Positions 10,020 to 20,088 of a stretch of DNA of 64,000 nt are shown piece after piece; positions within the stretch are counted from its first letter, which is position 1, and each line of letters begins with the position of its first letter. This DNA comes from a virus. Taxonomy: Duplodnaviria > Caudoviricetes. The notes beneath the pieces were generated by a model. The model searched no databases. It was given only the letters and a program-made list of their open reading frames with translations, and was not told the DNA's origin. Position numbers and translations under genes: made by a program. The stretch covers positions 64,001 to 128,000 of IMG/VR virus record IMGVR_UViG_3300000203_000003. One strand, written 5' to 3'.

Positions 10020-10495
10020 CAATAGGTCGGCACACCTCGAAGTGTCCTACAACCTCGTCCTCAACCCATGGTGTGACGGTAGAAGCGCGCCAACGCTAAA
10101 TTTATAGGACTACCCTTCGGGATGCCTAAACGCCTGCTCACAGCAGTTCACGTTTCCTATACCTTAACGGTTGTGATAGAGTAATCTACGAAAAGTTTGT
10201 CACGCCAGAGTAATTGCGGTAGAGGGCGTGGGCTGGTTGAATCTCCTCGATGAACCACGGTTCAACATAACAGCGAATACAGCAAATCCCAGAAATGGTT
10301 AGTGAGACATAGACAATCCTCCACTATAATATTTGAATTCATCGTCGCACCTTCGGGCCTCAAGAATAGACCTATGGCGTAGTGGATTTATATCTACTCG
10401 CCATGCCTAAGAATAGATGTGAAGTCCCCGTTTAAGATATCATTAAAAAGACCCGAGCGAAAAAGCGAAGGGTTAAAGACCCGTAGGGTCTGTGT
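10020..10495 (+). ncRNA. Putative large structured non-coding RNA
   Basis: ORF-free ~500 nt with many hairpins, including two cUUCGg tetraloops; family unassigned. Confidence 0.5.
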
Positions 10496-10548
10496 TAAGA
10501 TGCGTGAATAAATGAATAGATCCGGGATGAAAAATCAAGGAAAATACT

Positions 10549-10584
10549 ATGGCAACAGGACTCACTTTAAAAGGTGTTATTTAA
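10549..10584 (+). pseudogene. Duplicated 5' stub of neck gene (MATGLTLKGVI*)
   Basis: 10542-10569 is 27/28 identical to 11833-11860. Confidence 0.7.
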
Positions 10585-10612
10585 CTGGACCTTTTTTCGT
10601 AATAAATATGTT

Positions 10613-11200
10613 ATGGCACATAACATATTAATATGCGGAGATAGTTTTGCTGCGGACTGGACAGTAAAGAGAGCAGGCATCGGCTGGCCCAATTTGTTAG
10701 CGAAAGATTTTAGCGTTACCAATCTAGCGCAAGCTGGGTGCAGCGAGTATAAAATCTTTAAACAAATTACGTCAGTTGATATTACCGCCTTCTCCCATGT
10801 GATAATATCACACACAAGCCCCCTTCGATTGGTGGTGAGGGAACATCCGGTGCATAAGACAGATTCGCTTCATCATAGCAGCGACCTAATATATGCTGAT
10901 ATAAAAGAACATAGCAAAAAATTCAAAAATCTACTTCCTATCGTTGATTATTTCGAGAATTATTTCGACATGGAATCTGCTGTGTTTATGCACACCTTAT
11001 TGTGTGAAAAGATATGTTCAATAACCAATGTGATCTATCCGAAAATTATTCACGTGGTTAATTCAGAATGGAGTAACCTTTACCAGTTTAAAGATATGCT
11101 GAATTTTGCTGAGGTGCACCGGGATAACCCAGGATATTTCAACCACTACTCCGCTATAGGTAATCACATAATATATGACATCATCAAACAACACTTATAA
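10613..11200 (+). CDS. SGNH/GDSL-like hydrolase-fold protein
   Basis: ILICGDSF, NLAQAG, C-terminal NHYS..GN. Confidence 0.65.
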   Translation: MAHNILICGDSFAADWTVKRAGIGWPNLLAKDFSVTNLAQAGCSEYKIFKQITSVDITAFSHVIISHTSPLRLVVREHPVHKTDSLHHSSDLIYADIKEHSKKFKNLLPIVDYFENYFDMESAVFMHTLLCEKICSITNVIYPKIIHVVNSEWSNLYQFKDMLNFAEVHRDNPGYFNHYSAIGNHIIYDIIKQHL

Positions 11201-11822
11201 GCGATTAATAGCGTTCGGGGCATCCGTAACATTCGGACACGGTTTAATCGATTGCTATAACTTCGACACCGCTGGCTCAGGCCAGACTCCTAGTAGGTTG
11301 TCATGGCCGGCTTTAGTAGCTGATGCTATGAATATAGAATGTGATAATCGGGCCGAGTGCGGCGCACCGAACTTAAAGATTTTATTAAACGTATTAAGCG
11401 CGGATACCTGCACTGCTGATCTTGTTATTATTTTATGGAATATTTCTGATCTTAGTATTCTATTTGACGATGTGGGGGAAATTATTCGCCTCGGCCCTAA
11501 TGAAAAAAATCAGATGCATCTGTGCAAAGAATTTTATATGGCCCATTCCGAATATGATTTAAGCGTGAGAACTCTACTGGACATTGGTCATTCAACTAAC
11601 TATTTGGAAAATAAAAACGTAACCGTATATAATTTTTATAATGATGAAAATTTACATAATTTTATTGCCGGCGCCGCCCTACCACTGCCACTAACCGGTT
11701 CTATCAGATACCTCGACGCATCAGTTAATCTAGATCAGGGTCTAGACGGTATCCACCCCGGTCCTCTCTCGCATGCAGCTATTGCAGACTTGATACTGAC
11801 ACACATAAGAACTGATAAATAG
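11175..11822 (+). CDS. SGNH/GDSL-like hydrolase-fold protein
   Basis: LIAFGASVTFG, SWP, DGIHPGPLSH (DxxH). Confidence 0.7.
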   Translation: MTSSNNTYKRLIAFGASVTFGHGLIDCYNFDTAGSGQTPSRLSWPALVADAMNIECDNRAECGAPNLKILLNVLSADTCTADLVIILWNISDLSILFDDVGEIIRLGPNEKNQMHLCKEFYMAHSEYDLSVRTLLDIGHSTNYLENKNVTVYNFYNDENLHNFIAGAALPLPLTGSIRYLDASVNLDQGLDGIHPGPLSHAAIADLILTHIRTDK

Positions 11823-11839
11823 AATATCAGGGAAATACT

Positions 11840-12604
11840 ATGGCAACAGGACTTACTTTAGAAGAACGCAAGCAACAACTATTCGATAACCTCAGCAACA
11901 GACTTGGTGCTGGGATTATCGATTTGGAAATCGATCCTGCTCACTATGAGACGGCATTCAATTACGCCGTTCAGGTGTATCGTCAACGGGCGCAGAACGC
12001 CACGGAAGAAACGTATACTCTGTTCACCACTGAAATCAACGTTGATACATACACGCTTCCGGAGCAGTTCATCAACGTCAGATCGTTATTCAGACGCACG
12101 GTTGGTCTTGATACTGGCCCTTCATCATCCTCATTCGATCCTTTCAGCAGTGCTATTCTTAACACATATTTGTTGAACTACAACGCCGCAGGTGGTCTGG
12201 CAACGTATGACTTCTATGCAGGCTACGTTGAGTTAGCGGCAAGAATGTTCGGTGGATATGTTATTTATACCTTCAACCCAGTCAGCAAAGTGCTGCGTAT
12301 CGTGCGTGACCCTAAATCGACTGGTGAGAAGATTCTTATCTGGGCCGACGTTCTGAAAACAGAAGAAACACTGCTACAAGACTTGGGTTCAGGTCCATGG
12401 ATCGGTGACTGGACTCTTGCTGAACTGAAGATCATCATTGGTAGTGCGCGTGAAAAGTTCAGCACAATCGCAGGTCCAGGCGGCGGCACCACTCTCAACG
12501 GTGCAGCAATGAAAGCAGACGGAGAGAAAATGAAAGAAACTCTTTTAGAAGACCTGAAACGCTTCGTTGACTATTCACAACCCCTAACCTGGGTAATCGG
12601 TTAA
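11840..12604 (+). CDS. Neck protein/head-tail adaptor (T4 gp13-like)
   Basis: RLGAGIIDLEI...G.AREKF..IAGPGGGTTLNG..MK. Confidence 0.8.
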   Translation: MATGLTLEERKQQLFDNLSNRLGAGIIDLEIDPAHYETAFNYAVQVYRQRAQNATEETYTLFTTEINVDTYTLPEQFINVRSLFRRTVGLDTGPSSSSFDPFSSAILNTYLLNYNAAGGLATYDFYAGYVELAARMFGGYVIYTFNPVSKVLRIVRDPKSTGEKILIWADVLKTEETLLQDLGSGPWIGDWTLAELKIIIGSAREKFSTIAGPGGGTTLNGAAMKADGEKMKETLLEDLKRFVDYSQPLTWVIG

Positions 12605-12612
12605 TAAAACAC

Positions 12613-12641
12613 TTGCTTTTTCTGTAAGAAGGTTGTATAAT
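12613..12641 (+). promoter_or_regulatory. Sigma70-type promoter
   Basis: TTGCTT-N17-TATAAT. Confidence 0.65.
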
Positions 12642-12661
12642 CAACTCTCTACAGGAGTAGC

Positions 12662-13306
12662 ATGAATAAAATAATCTCAGTAAGCGGTTTCATTGGCAGC
12701 GGGAAAGATTCTGTTGCCGACTATCTAATCGCCAAACATGGCTTCAAAAAAGTAAGCTTTGCAGGAAGTCTCAAAGACGCAGTTGCATCAATCTTTAGTT
12801 GGGACAGAACTTTACTCGACGGTCTTACTGCTGAAAGTCGTGAGTGGCGTGATCAAATTGACCCATGGTGGGCAGAACGTCTTTCTATCCCAAAACTCAC
12901 ACCACGCTGGGTTCTTCAACAATGGGGCACAGAGGTATGTCGCCTGCACTTTCATATGGACATATGGGTAACAAGCGTAGAAAACAAGCTGCGAACCTCT
13001 GATCAAAACATCGTGATCACCGATTCCCGATTCAAGAATGAACTCACTTCAATCAAGAATGTCAACGGCACAACGATCAGGGTTCATCGCGGCGCAGAAC
13101 CTCATTGGTATGATGATGCAGTAGCTTACAACAAAGGGCCTGATGGTAATACCGGTTGGGCAACAGGGAAAGCGGTGCTTGATCGCCATCATGTTCATGC
13201 CAGTGAGTATAGCAGTGTTGGGTTACGATACGACTTCCATCTTGACAACAATGACACTCTGGTTGAACTCTACAAGAATGTAGATCACATTCTTAATCGA
13301 CTATAA
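12662..13306 (+). CDS. Deoxynucleoside monophosphate kinase (T4 gp1-like)
   Basis: GFIGSGKD P-loop, SFAGSLKD, TPRWVLQQWGTE, DSRFKNE, HASE. Confidence 0.9.
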   Translation: MNKIISVSGFIGSGKDSVADYLIAKHGFKKVSFAGSLKDAVASIFSWDRTLLDGLTAESREWRDQIDPWWAERLSIPKLTPRWVLQQWGTEVCRLHFHMDIWVTSVENKLRTSDQNIVITDSRFKNELTSIKNVNGTTIRVHRGAEPHWYDDAVAYNKGPDGNTGWATGKAVLDRHHVHASEYSSVGLRYDFHLDNNDTLVELYKNVDHILNRL

Positions 13307-14159
13307 GATCACCCCGGCGCCAAGTCACCTCTTTGCGCTTGACAACCTCGACACAGCACAGACAAATTGTTCTCAGGTTTGACAGTTCGATATTCTCCAG
13401 ATTCCCATCAGTGTGATAAACTAGAAGTTGACTTGGATAAATGGCGCGAAAACCGCATAGGTCACACACTACTTTCTTTTTATACTTGCTTCGTTGCCAG
13501 TTCGCCTTACGAGGCCGGAGATTGGCCTTCTTTCGGCCACACTCATCACATCTACTTCGATAGTGTGTGACTCCTGCACGGATATAGTTCACCGCACAGA
13601 AGTTCTTATTACATGTAGGGCAGATGGGTCTCAAATACAAAGCACAATCTGTCAGTGGTTCGTTTGCTGACATATGTAATTGATATTTTTTGTTATGTAT
13701 TGCTTTTTCTTTCTCTTTTTGTAGATAGTTACGATCCAATTCTGTGGGTATTCCATTTGCTATTCTGTCATTTCGCTCCTTGTTTATTCTTTCTTTTTCA
13801 ATCTTTCGCCGCTCAAGTAGTTTTTTATTTTTTGGTACCCCAAATCTTCCTCCTGCACCCATACGTCCGCCTTCAGCGATGTTCCATCCTATGTTCGGAC
13901 CAGGCCTCATGTCATTCTCAACCTCATAACAAAATACCTCTTGTCCTGTCATAATTATATCTTTGATGATAGCATTTTTTCCATAGTCCCGGATGGCTTC
14001 GATAAGATTAATATTATGATGTCTATTTTCAGATGCTCTGCGAATATGAGTAGCCATCCTGGATTCTGGATTCTTAGAAACACCAATGTAACCTTCATTC
14101 AATGGATCAGTGTGTTCAATAAGGTGTAACCAATAGACAGATGCTTCAGAATAATTCAT
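13293..14159 (-). CDS. GIY-YIG domain fused to zinc-finger/HNH-like protein
   Basis: N-term VYWL..GYIGVS..R; C-term CxxC x4 with H.DGNLEN..NL..IC. Confidence 0.7.
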   Translation of the reverse strand: MNYSEASVYWLHLIEHTDPLNEGYIGVSKNPESRMATHIRRASENRHHNINLIEAIRDYGKNAIIKDIIMTGQEVFCYEVENDMRPGPNIGWNIAEGGRMGAGGRFGVPKNKKLLERRKIEKERINKERNDRIANGIPTELDRNYLQKEKEKAIHNKKYQLHMSANEPLTDCALYLRPICPTCNKNFCAVNYIRAGVTHYRSRCDECGRKKANLRPRKANWQRSKYKKKVVCDLCGFRAIYPSQLLVYHTDGNLENIELSNLRTICLCCVEVVKRKEVTWRRGDLIVD

Positions 14160-14310
14160 GTCTTTATTTATCATTCTGGAAACAATTAACAATTAAACAT
14201 TAAAGGCACGGTTATCGACAATAACCGAACTTTTTTCAGCAAAAAGATAAATATTAGTATCATGCAAACAGGCCGTAAGCCTCAAAATTTTACTTAAAGG
14301 AAACAATAAA

Positions 14311-17300
14311 ATGGCATTAACATCACCAGGCGTAGAAGTCACAATCATTGACCAAAGCCAATATCTACCAGCACCGGGCGGTTCAGTTCCTCTTGTTATT
14401 TTGGCAACAGCGCAAAATAAGTCTGATGCTTCTGGTACTGCTGTTGCTGCTGCAACAACTGCAACAAACGCAGGCAAGCTGTTCCAAGTTACAAGTCAAC
14501 GCGACCTGGTCAACTTGTACGGTTCACCGTTCTTCTATTCTACAACGAATGGTACTCCTATTCAGGGTTACGAGTTGAACGAATACGGTCTACTTGCTGC
14601 TTACTCGTTACTCGGAGTTACTAATCGTTGCTACGTTTTACGTGCAGACATTGATCTGGCCAGCTTAGTTGGTCAAACAGGTCGTCCTACTGGTTTTGTT
14701 GATAACGGAACATACTGGTTAGACACAACTGATTCTACTTGGGGCATCTATCAGTTCAATGCGGGTACAGGCAAGTTCACACTTCAAAGCCCGATCGTTA
14801 TCACTAATCCCGATGATTTAACTGGCGGTGTTCCTCTGAACAGCATCGGTAATATTGGTGACTATGCAGTAAATACACTGCACACTTCGTCTTATCCTAG
14901 TGACCCTACATCAAGACAGTATTTTTACAAAACTACTCAAAATATTTGGACAACACTGGGTGGCGGATTATGGCGCGGCGACATTCCTACGGTTATCGGG
15001 AACAATGCGGTACCTTCCAATACTTTAGTCGCCGGTCAGTCATTCAATATCCATTGCAATGGTCTATATACTGCAACAATTACTGTGCCAGATGATGGCG
15101 GCGGCTTCGGTTCAGTGGGGAGCGTGGCCGGTGTTATCCAGACTCTGGGTTGGTCAACTTTAACTGCTTCAGTTCGAAGCGGTAAATTATGTGTATTTTC
15201 AAAACAGCCAAAAACAGGCGCGCCCGTATATTTAAATTTTAGTTCCAGTTCTGGTTCAGTACTGGCTGATATCGGAATTGCTGCAAACACAAATTTATAT
15301 CAACCTAGTCTAATTTACGGCACTTCTGCGGAAATGCCGCTGTGGTCGAGCAGTCAGACGTACCCAAGACCAACCGGGTCTGTATGGATTAAAGTCGGGG
15401 CAGCGGGTAACGGACTGCAACCAGTCGTATCTAAATTTAATTCTACCACTCAACTATGGGTGAACAAGAATGTTTCTTTATACACATCAGACTGGGCTGC
15501 TAATGCAGAATTAGATGGATCAGGCGGTGCCGGCATTGCTGCTGGTACGGTGTATGCTCAATACAACTTTGATCTTCAATACCCTTTAGGACCAGTTTAT
15601 CTATACGAAAGATTGGCGACCGGCCCGACAGTAGTTACAGGAACAACAATTCCTACAACGTTCAGTGCAGGCACTATTACAGTACAAGTTAGCACCCCTA
15701 GCGGCCCTAACTTAACAACCGCGCAAACAGTAACTATTACAGCACCGCTAGGCGCACAAGGCGCTGTCGGCTTCGTTACAGCATGGTCCGCTGCTAATAT
15801 TCTTTATACGACAGCAAGCGTTACTACAGACGGCGCAATTCAACTAACTCACACTGAAGGCGGAGCAATTGTTCTAGATGACTCGATCGGCGGGGTTAGT
15901 AACGGAATAATCGCTGCAGCAGGATTTGTAGTTAATTCTACTACTGGATGCAAATATGGGCCTAGTGTTACCGCTGTCTTCAGTAATGCACCGTTAGTCG
16001 GCGGCCCCGGTACAAATGGTGAAGCAAGTGTCACCTCAGTCACAGGATCATATATTTTAAACGGTGCTGGTGTCGGTGGAAATGCGGGCACCGGTTACAC
16101 AGTGGGAGATGTGCTTACTGTGCTAGGTTCTTCGCTAGGCGGAATTACTGGAGTAAACGATCTAGTAGTTGAGGTTGCCGCAGTCGGCGGATCGACTAAT
16201 ATCACAGCATTGGCATATGTGTCAGGTGCACCTTCTGCAATGTATACTACTCAATTGAGTAATTGGGTTGATTTTGACTATATCTCGAACGAGGGCCCGC
16301 CTGTCGCTGACCCTGTTAACAACAAGAACTGGTTCTACAGCGTCACTGACGAAGTTGATATCATGGTTCAAAAGGGCGGCGCATGGGTTGGTTATGGCCA
16401 GACTAACTACGATAGTTCGGGTTTCCCGACGACAGGTGTTAACGCAACTGACCCGATGGGCCCGATCATTTCTGCATCTTCCCCGACTGTTCAGAATGAT
16501 GGATCAGTATTAGTTTATGGTGATCTTTGGATCGATACAAGTGATCTTGAAAACTATCCAGTTATCTCTCGTTGGGAAGCAGTAGGTGATGTTGGTAGTC
16601 AAGTTGATCAATGGGTTCTGTTAGATAACTCTGACCAGACTAGTTCAACTGGTGTTCTATTTGCAGATGCTCGTTGGGCAACGGCTGATACAGTAAGTCC
16701 TACTCAGGATCCGATGGCAACTATCCCAGCATTGCTACAAAGCAGATATCTTGATCTGGATGCTCCTCAGGCAACTCTGTATCCACAAGGCATGTTATTA
16801 TTCAACACACGCCGCTCAGGTTACAACGTCAAGCAATATCGTTCAGCATACTTCAACATGACTGACTTCCCAGGAGAAACACTTCCTACAGAGAAGGCAG
16901 CATGGGTTACAGTAAGCGGTAATCAATCAAATGGTTCACCGTACATGGGTCGCAAGGCACAACGTGCTATGGTTGTTGAAGCAATGAACGCAATAGTGTC
17001 TACTAACACAGACATCCGTGATGACGATAACTTCTTCAATCTGATGGCAGCACCTAACTACCCAGAACTACAACCTGGTATGGTTACGCTGAACAATGAT
17101 CGTGGTATGACTGGCTACATCATCGGTGACACACCGCTAAGATTAGCAGCAAGCGCAACTGACATTCAAGCTTGGGCTACTAATGCAGCTGGTGCTACTG
17201 GAACAGGCGAAGCAGGTTGCGTAACACGCGACACTTACTTAGGTCTGTTCTATCCAAGTGGTATTACATCTGACTTGTCAGGTAACTTGGTTGCAGTGCC

Positions 17301-17886
17301 ATCGTCACACATGATGCTCCGTACATTCTTGCGTAACGACAGTATCGCTTATCCTTGGTTAGCTGCTGCTGGTACTCGTCGTGGTATCATCGACAATGCT
17401 TCTAACATTGGTTATCTTGATGCTGCAACAGGCGAGTTCCAGACTATTAAAACAAGTCTTGGTCTTCGTGATGTGCTGTATACAAACTTCATCAACCCAA
17501 TGGTGTTCTTCACCGGAGTTGGTCTGTTGAACTACGGTAACAAGACAAGTTTCAACTCGTCTAGTGCCCTTGACAGAACTAACGTTGCTCGTTTAGTTGC
17601 GTACATTCGTCGTCAGTTGACATTAGCGGCTCGTCCGTTTGTGTTCGAACCGAACGATGCAGTGACACGTAATCAAATTGGCGGTGTTGTTCAGACATTG
17701 ATGGCTGACTTGGTTGCAAAACGTGGTCTATATGACTATCTGGTTGTGTGTGATGAATCAAACAACACACCTGCTAGAATTGACAGAAATGAACTTTGGA
17801 TTGATGTTGCGGTTGAACCCGTGAAAGCTGCTGAATTCATTTACATCCCGGTTCGTATTCTGAACACGGGTGAATTGAGCGCATAA
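14311..17886 (+). CDS. Contractile tail sheath protein (T4 gp18-like) with large insertions
   Basis: SPGVEVTIID N-terminus; PWLAAAGTRRG, RTNVARL, FEPND, RIDRNEL, PVKAAEFIYI. Confidence 0.95.
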   Translation: MALTSPGVEVTIIDQSQYLPAPGGSVPLVILATAQNKSDASGTAVAAATTATNAGKLFQVTSQRDLVNLYGSPFFYSTTNGTPIQGYELNEYGLLAAYSLLGVTNRCYVLRADIDLASLVGQTGRPTGFVDNGTYWLDTTDSTWGIYQFNAGTGKFTLQSPIVITNPDDLTGGVPLNSIGNIGDYAVNTLHTSSYPSDPTSRQYFYKTTQNIWTTLGGGLWRGDIPTVIGNNAVPSNTLVAGQSFNIHCNGLYTATITVPDDGGGFGSVGSVAGVIQTLGWSTLTASVRSGKLCVFSKQPKTGAPVYLNFSSSSGSVLADIGIAANTNLYQPSLIYGTSAEMPLWSSSQTYPRPTGSVWIKVGAAGNGLQPVVSKFNSTTQLWVNKNVSLYTSDWAANAELDGSGGAGIAAGTVYAQYNFDLQYPLGPVYLYERLATGPTVVTGTTIPTTFSAGTITVQVSTPSGPNLTTAQTVTITAPLGAQGAVGFVTAWSAANILYTTASVTTDGAIQLTHTEGGAIVLDDSIGGVSNGIIAAAGFVVNSTTGCKYGPSVTAVFSNAPLVGGPGTNGEASVTSVTGSYILNGAGVGGNAGTGYTVGDVLTVLGSSLGGITGVNDLVVEVAAVGGSTNITALAYVSGAPSAMYTTQLSNWVDFDYISNEGPPVADPVNNKNWFYSVTDEVDIMVQKGGAWVGYGQTNYDSSGFPTTGVNATDPMGPIISASSPTVQNDGSVLVYGDLWIDTSDLENYPVISRWEAVGDVGSQVDQWVLLDNSDQTSSTGVLFADARWATADTVSPTQDPMATIPALLQSRYLDLDAPQATLYPQGMLLFNTRRSGYNVKQYRSAYFNMTDFPGETLPTEKAAWVTVSGNQSNGSPYMGRKAQRAMVVEAMNAIVSTNTDIRDDDNFFNLMAAPNYPELQPGMVTLNNDRGMTGYIIGDTPLRLAASATDIQAWATNAAGATGTGEAGCVTRDTYLGLFYPSGITSDLSGNLVAVPSSHMMLRTFLRNDSIAYPWLAAAGTRRGIIDNASNIGYLDAATGEFQTIKTSLGLRDVLYTNFINPMVFFTGVGLLNYGNKTSFNSSSALDRTNVARLVAYIRRQLTLAARPFVFEPNDAVTRNQIGGVVQTLMADLVAKRGLYDYLVVCDESNNTPARIDRNELWIDVAVEPVKAAEFIYIPVRILNTGELSA

Positions 17887-17888
17887 GA

Positions 17889-17906
17889 AATGCCCTTCGG
17901 GGCATT
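17889..17906 (+). terminator. Hairpin/terminator after sheath gene
   Basis: AATGCCC-TTCG-GGGCATT. Confidence 0.6.
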
Positions 17907-17935
17907 ATGATAAATAATATTAACAGGAGATTTAT

Positions 17936-18571
17936 ATGGCAACAGGATCAGCATCAATCGCAAACATGACAGTACCAAATGGCGGCGCTGGTGAAACACT
18001 ATTAATGCCTAAGCTACAGTTCCGCTTCAGAGTTCGTTTCAACGGATTCGGCTCAGGCGATGTAGGTACATTAACAAGACAGGTCATTGATTGTTCAAGA
18101 CCCAACGTCACTTTCCAAGAAATTACAATGCCGATTTACAACTCGACAATGTATCTATCTGGAAAACATCAGTGGCAACCAATGACACTCAACCTTAGAG
18201 ATGACGCCAGCGGCAAAATCTCTGCGGCAGTTGGTTCACAACTTCAGAAACAGTTAGACTTCGCTGAACAAGCAAGTGCAACAGCTGGTATCGATTACAA
18301 GTTTGAAACAGTTATTGAAATGCTAGACGGTGGCAATGGCGGAACAGAGCCGACAGTTCTTGAAACTTGGAGTCTTGCTGGTTGTTTTGTACAAGTAGCA
18401 AACTACAATACGTTGAACTACGCAACAAATGATGTGGTTACTATCGCATTGACTATTCGTTTCGACAACGCAGAGCAATATGCAGGCCCATCAAGTTCAG
18501 CTACACTAAGCGGTTCAGTCGGCGCAGCAGTAAGAACAGCATCGACAACAGCAACTGGCAACGGCAAGTAA
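17936..18571 (+). CDS. Tail tube protein (T4 gp19-like)
   Basis: PKLQFRFRV, GKHQWQPMTL.LRDD, ETWSLAGCF; follows sheath. Confidence 0.85.
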   Translation: MATGSASIANMTVPNGGAGETLLMPKLQFRFRVRFNGFGSGDVGTLTRQVIDCSRPNVTFQEITMPIYNSTMYLSGKHQWQPMTLNLRDDASGKISAAVGSQLQKQLDFAEQASATAGIDYKFETVIEMLDGGNGGTEPTVLETWSLAGCFVQVANYNTLNYATNDVVTIALTIRFDNAEQYAGPSSSATLSGSVGAAVRTASTTATGNGK

Positions 18572-18589
18572 TTTCAGTTAGACTGAAAT

Positions 18590-19723
18590 ATGTCAGGTCC
18601 AGTATCAGACTTTCTACAGGGTGTCGCCGGAGGATTCTTCGGCGGCCCTGTTTTACGGGATTACACCCACGCCTCTAAAACATTCCGAGTAAACAACTTT
18701 GAGAATGCGCCGAAGCTAAAATTTCTGTTCCATGTGAACTTTGAAGTCAACACCGAAGCTCTTCCTAACTGTCCTAGTGCTAACTGGGGGCTGGCGGTGA
18801 AGTCGATTAAGCTACCATCGTTCACTATGACTACTCATGAGATGAACCAGTACAATCGTAAGCGAATCGTTCAGTCAAAGATCAAATATGATCCAGTGGA
18901 TATCACGTTCCATGATGATGCTGGTACTGCCCAGAACGGCGGAATGATCAGAAATCTATGGAAGCTTTACTATCAGTATTACTATTCAGATTCAAAGAAC
19001 CCTAAGATAATGATAGCGTCTAAAGCAGTCAACAGCGATAGTTCTAAGGGCTCGGGGTACAACAACAGAACGCAATATGACAAGTCAATCACCGGCGATG
19101 AAAACTGGGGATATTCGGGAGAAGCATCTCCGTCAATGCCCGGATTAGTTAAAGTTCCGTTCTTTAAATCAATCCGTATATTCGGATTCAATCAGCATAA
19201 CTACGTCACATACGTTCTTGTTAATCCGATGATTACACGCTTTGGTCACGACACATATAACTATGCTGAAGGCAACGGCACCATGGAGAACACCATGACG
19301 CTTGATTACGAAACAGTAGTGTATGACTCTGGTGCAATATCAGGTGCTAACCCAGGTAACATGGTTCCGGGCTTCGGTGATGTTGCTAACTATGACAAAA
19401 CCCTGAGCCCTATATCTCGCCCTGGATCAAATTCTACTATATTAGGCCCCGGCGGGTTAGTAGAAGGTGTAGAAGGGTTCTCTCAGGCAATATCAGAAGG
19501 CAACTATCTAGGTGCCCTTGGCATCGCAGGACAATCATACAATACATTTAAGAACGCAAACCTAGGTCAGGTTCTAAAGAGTGATGTGACTTCACAGATA
19601 CTTGGCGCGATGAATAGTACACCTAATGCGAACAATCCATTCAAGATTCCATCTGGTTCTGATATAGGTGCAGCAGCAGCGAACCTTATAAATAAGCCAC
19701 CCGCTATTCCACCTGATAAATAA
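18590..19723 (+). CDS. Tube-fold baseplate/tail-tube initiator protein (gp48/gp54-like)
   Basis: VKSIKLP..NQYNRKRIVQ.KIKYDPVDITFHDD tube-like fold. Confidence 0.6.
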   Translation: MSGPVSDFLQGVAGGFFGGPVLRDYTHASKTFRVNNFENAPKLKFLFHVNFEVNTEALPNCPSANWGLAVKSIKLPSFTMTTHEMNQYNRKRIVQSKIKYDPVDITFHDDAGTAQNGGMIRNLWKLYYQYYYSDSKNPKIMIASKAVNSDSSKGSGYNNRTQYDKSITGDENWGYSGEASPSMPGLVKVPFFKSIRIFGFNQHNYVTYVLVNPMITRFGHDTYNYAEGNGTMENTMTLDYETVVYDSGAISGANPGNMVPGFGDVANYDKTLSPISRPGSNSTILGPGGLVEGVEGFSQAISEGNYLGALGIAGQSYNTFKNANLGQVLKSDVTSQILGAMNSTPNANNPFKIPSGSDIGAAAANLINKPPAIPPDK

Positions 19724-19727
19724 TATT

Positions 19728-20087
19728 ATGGCACGAATATTAGACACTCGCACAGCACTTGATAAAACAATCAGAATCTTTGATTCCTTTTACGCCTTCG
19801 ATGCGGTAGTTAACGGCGATGAGTTTGATGTTGTCAGAGGCTACTTCAGATCAGTCTGTGGTAGTTTCAACATCGCTGACAACATGACTGCGGTGCTATT
19901 CAGAATCGCGCAAGAGACTCACATTCCTGTGTTAGACTTGCTCGGATACATCAAGGGAACAACTAAGCTGGAGATGAATCAGGTCATCTGCTACTATCTT
20001 AACAGCTTCAAATCAAAGACTTCTCTATACGGAGTAAGTGTGGTCCCGCTGGCAAATCAGCCGGCGTCACGAAACATCGTTCAGTAA
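19728..20087 (+). CDS. Hypothetical protein
   Basis: ORF after TAAATA box. Confidence 0.7.
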   Translation: MARILDTRTALDKTIRIFDSFYAFDAVVNGDEFDVVRGYFRSVCGSFNIADNMTAVLFRIAQETHIPVLDLLGYIKGTTKLEMNQVICYYLNSFKSKTSLYGVSVVPLANQPASRNIVQ

Positions 20088-20088
20088 C

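Noticed and set aside
10020-10495. Group I intron, tRNA cluster, tmRNA or RNase P
   Set aside because: No interrupted gene, no recognisable P7 elements, no T-loop/cloverleaf or tmRNA/RNase P signature seen by eye.
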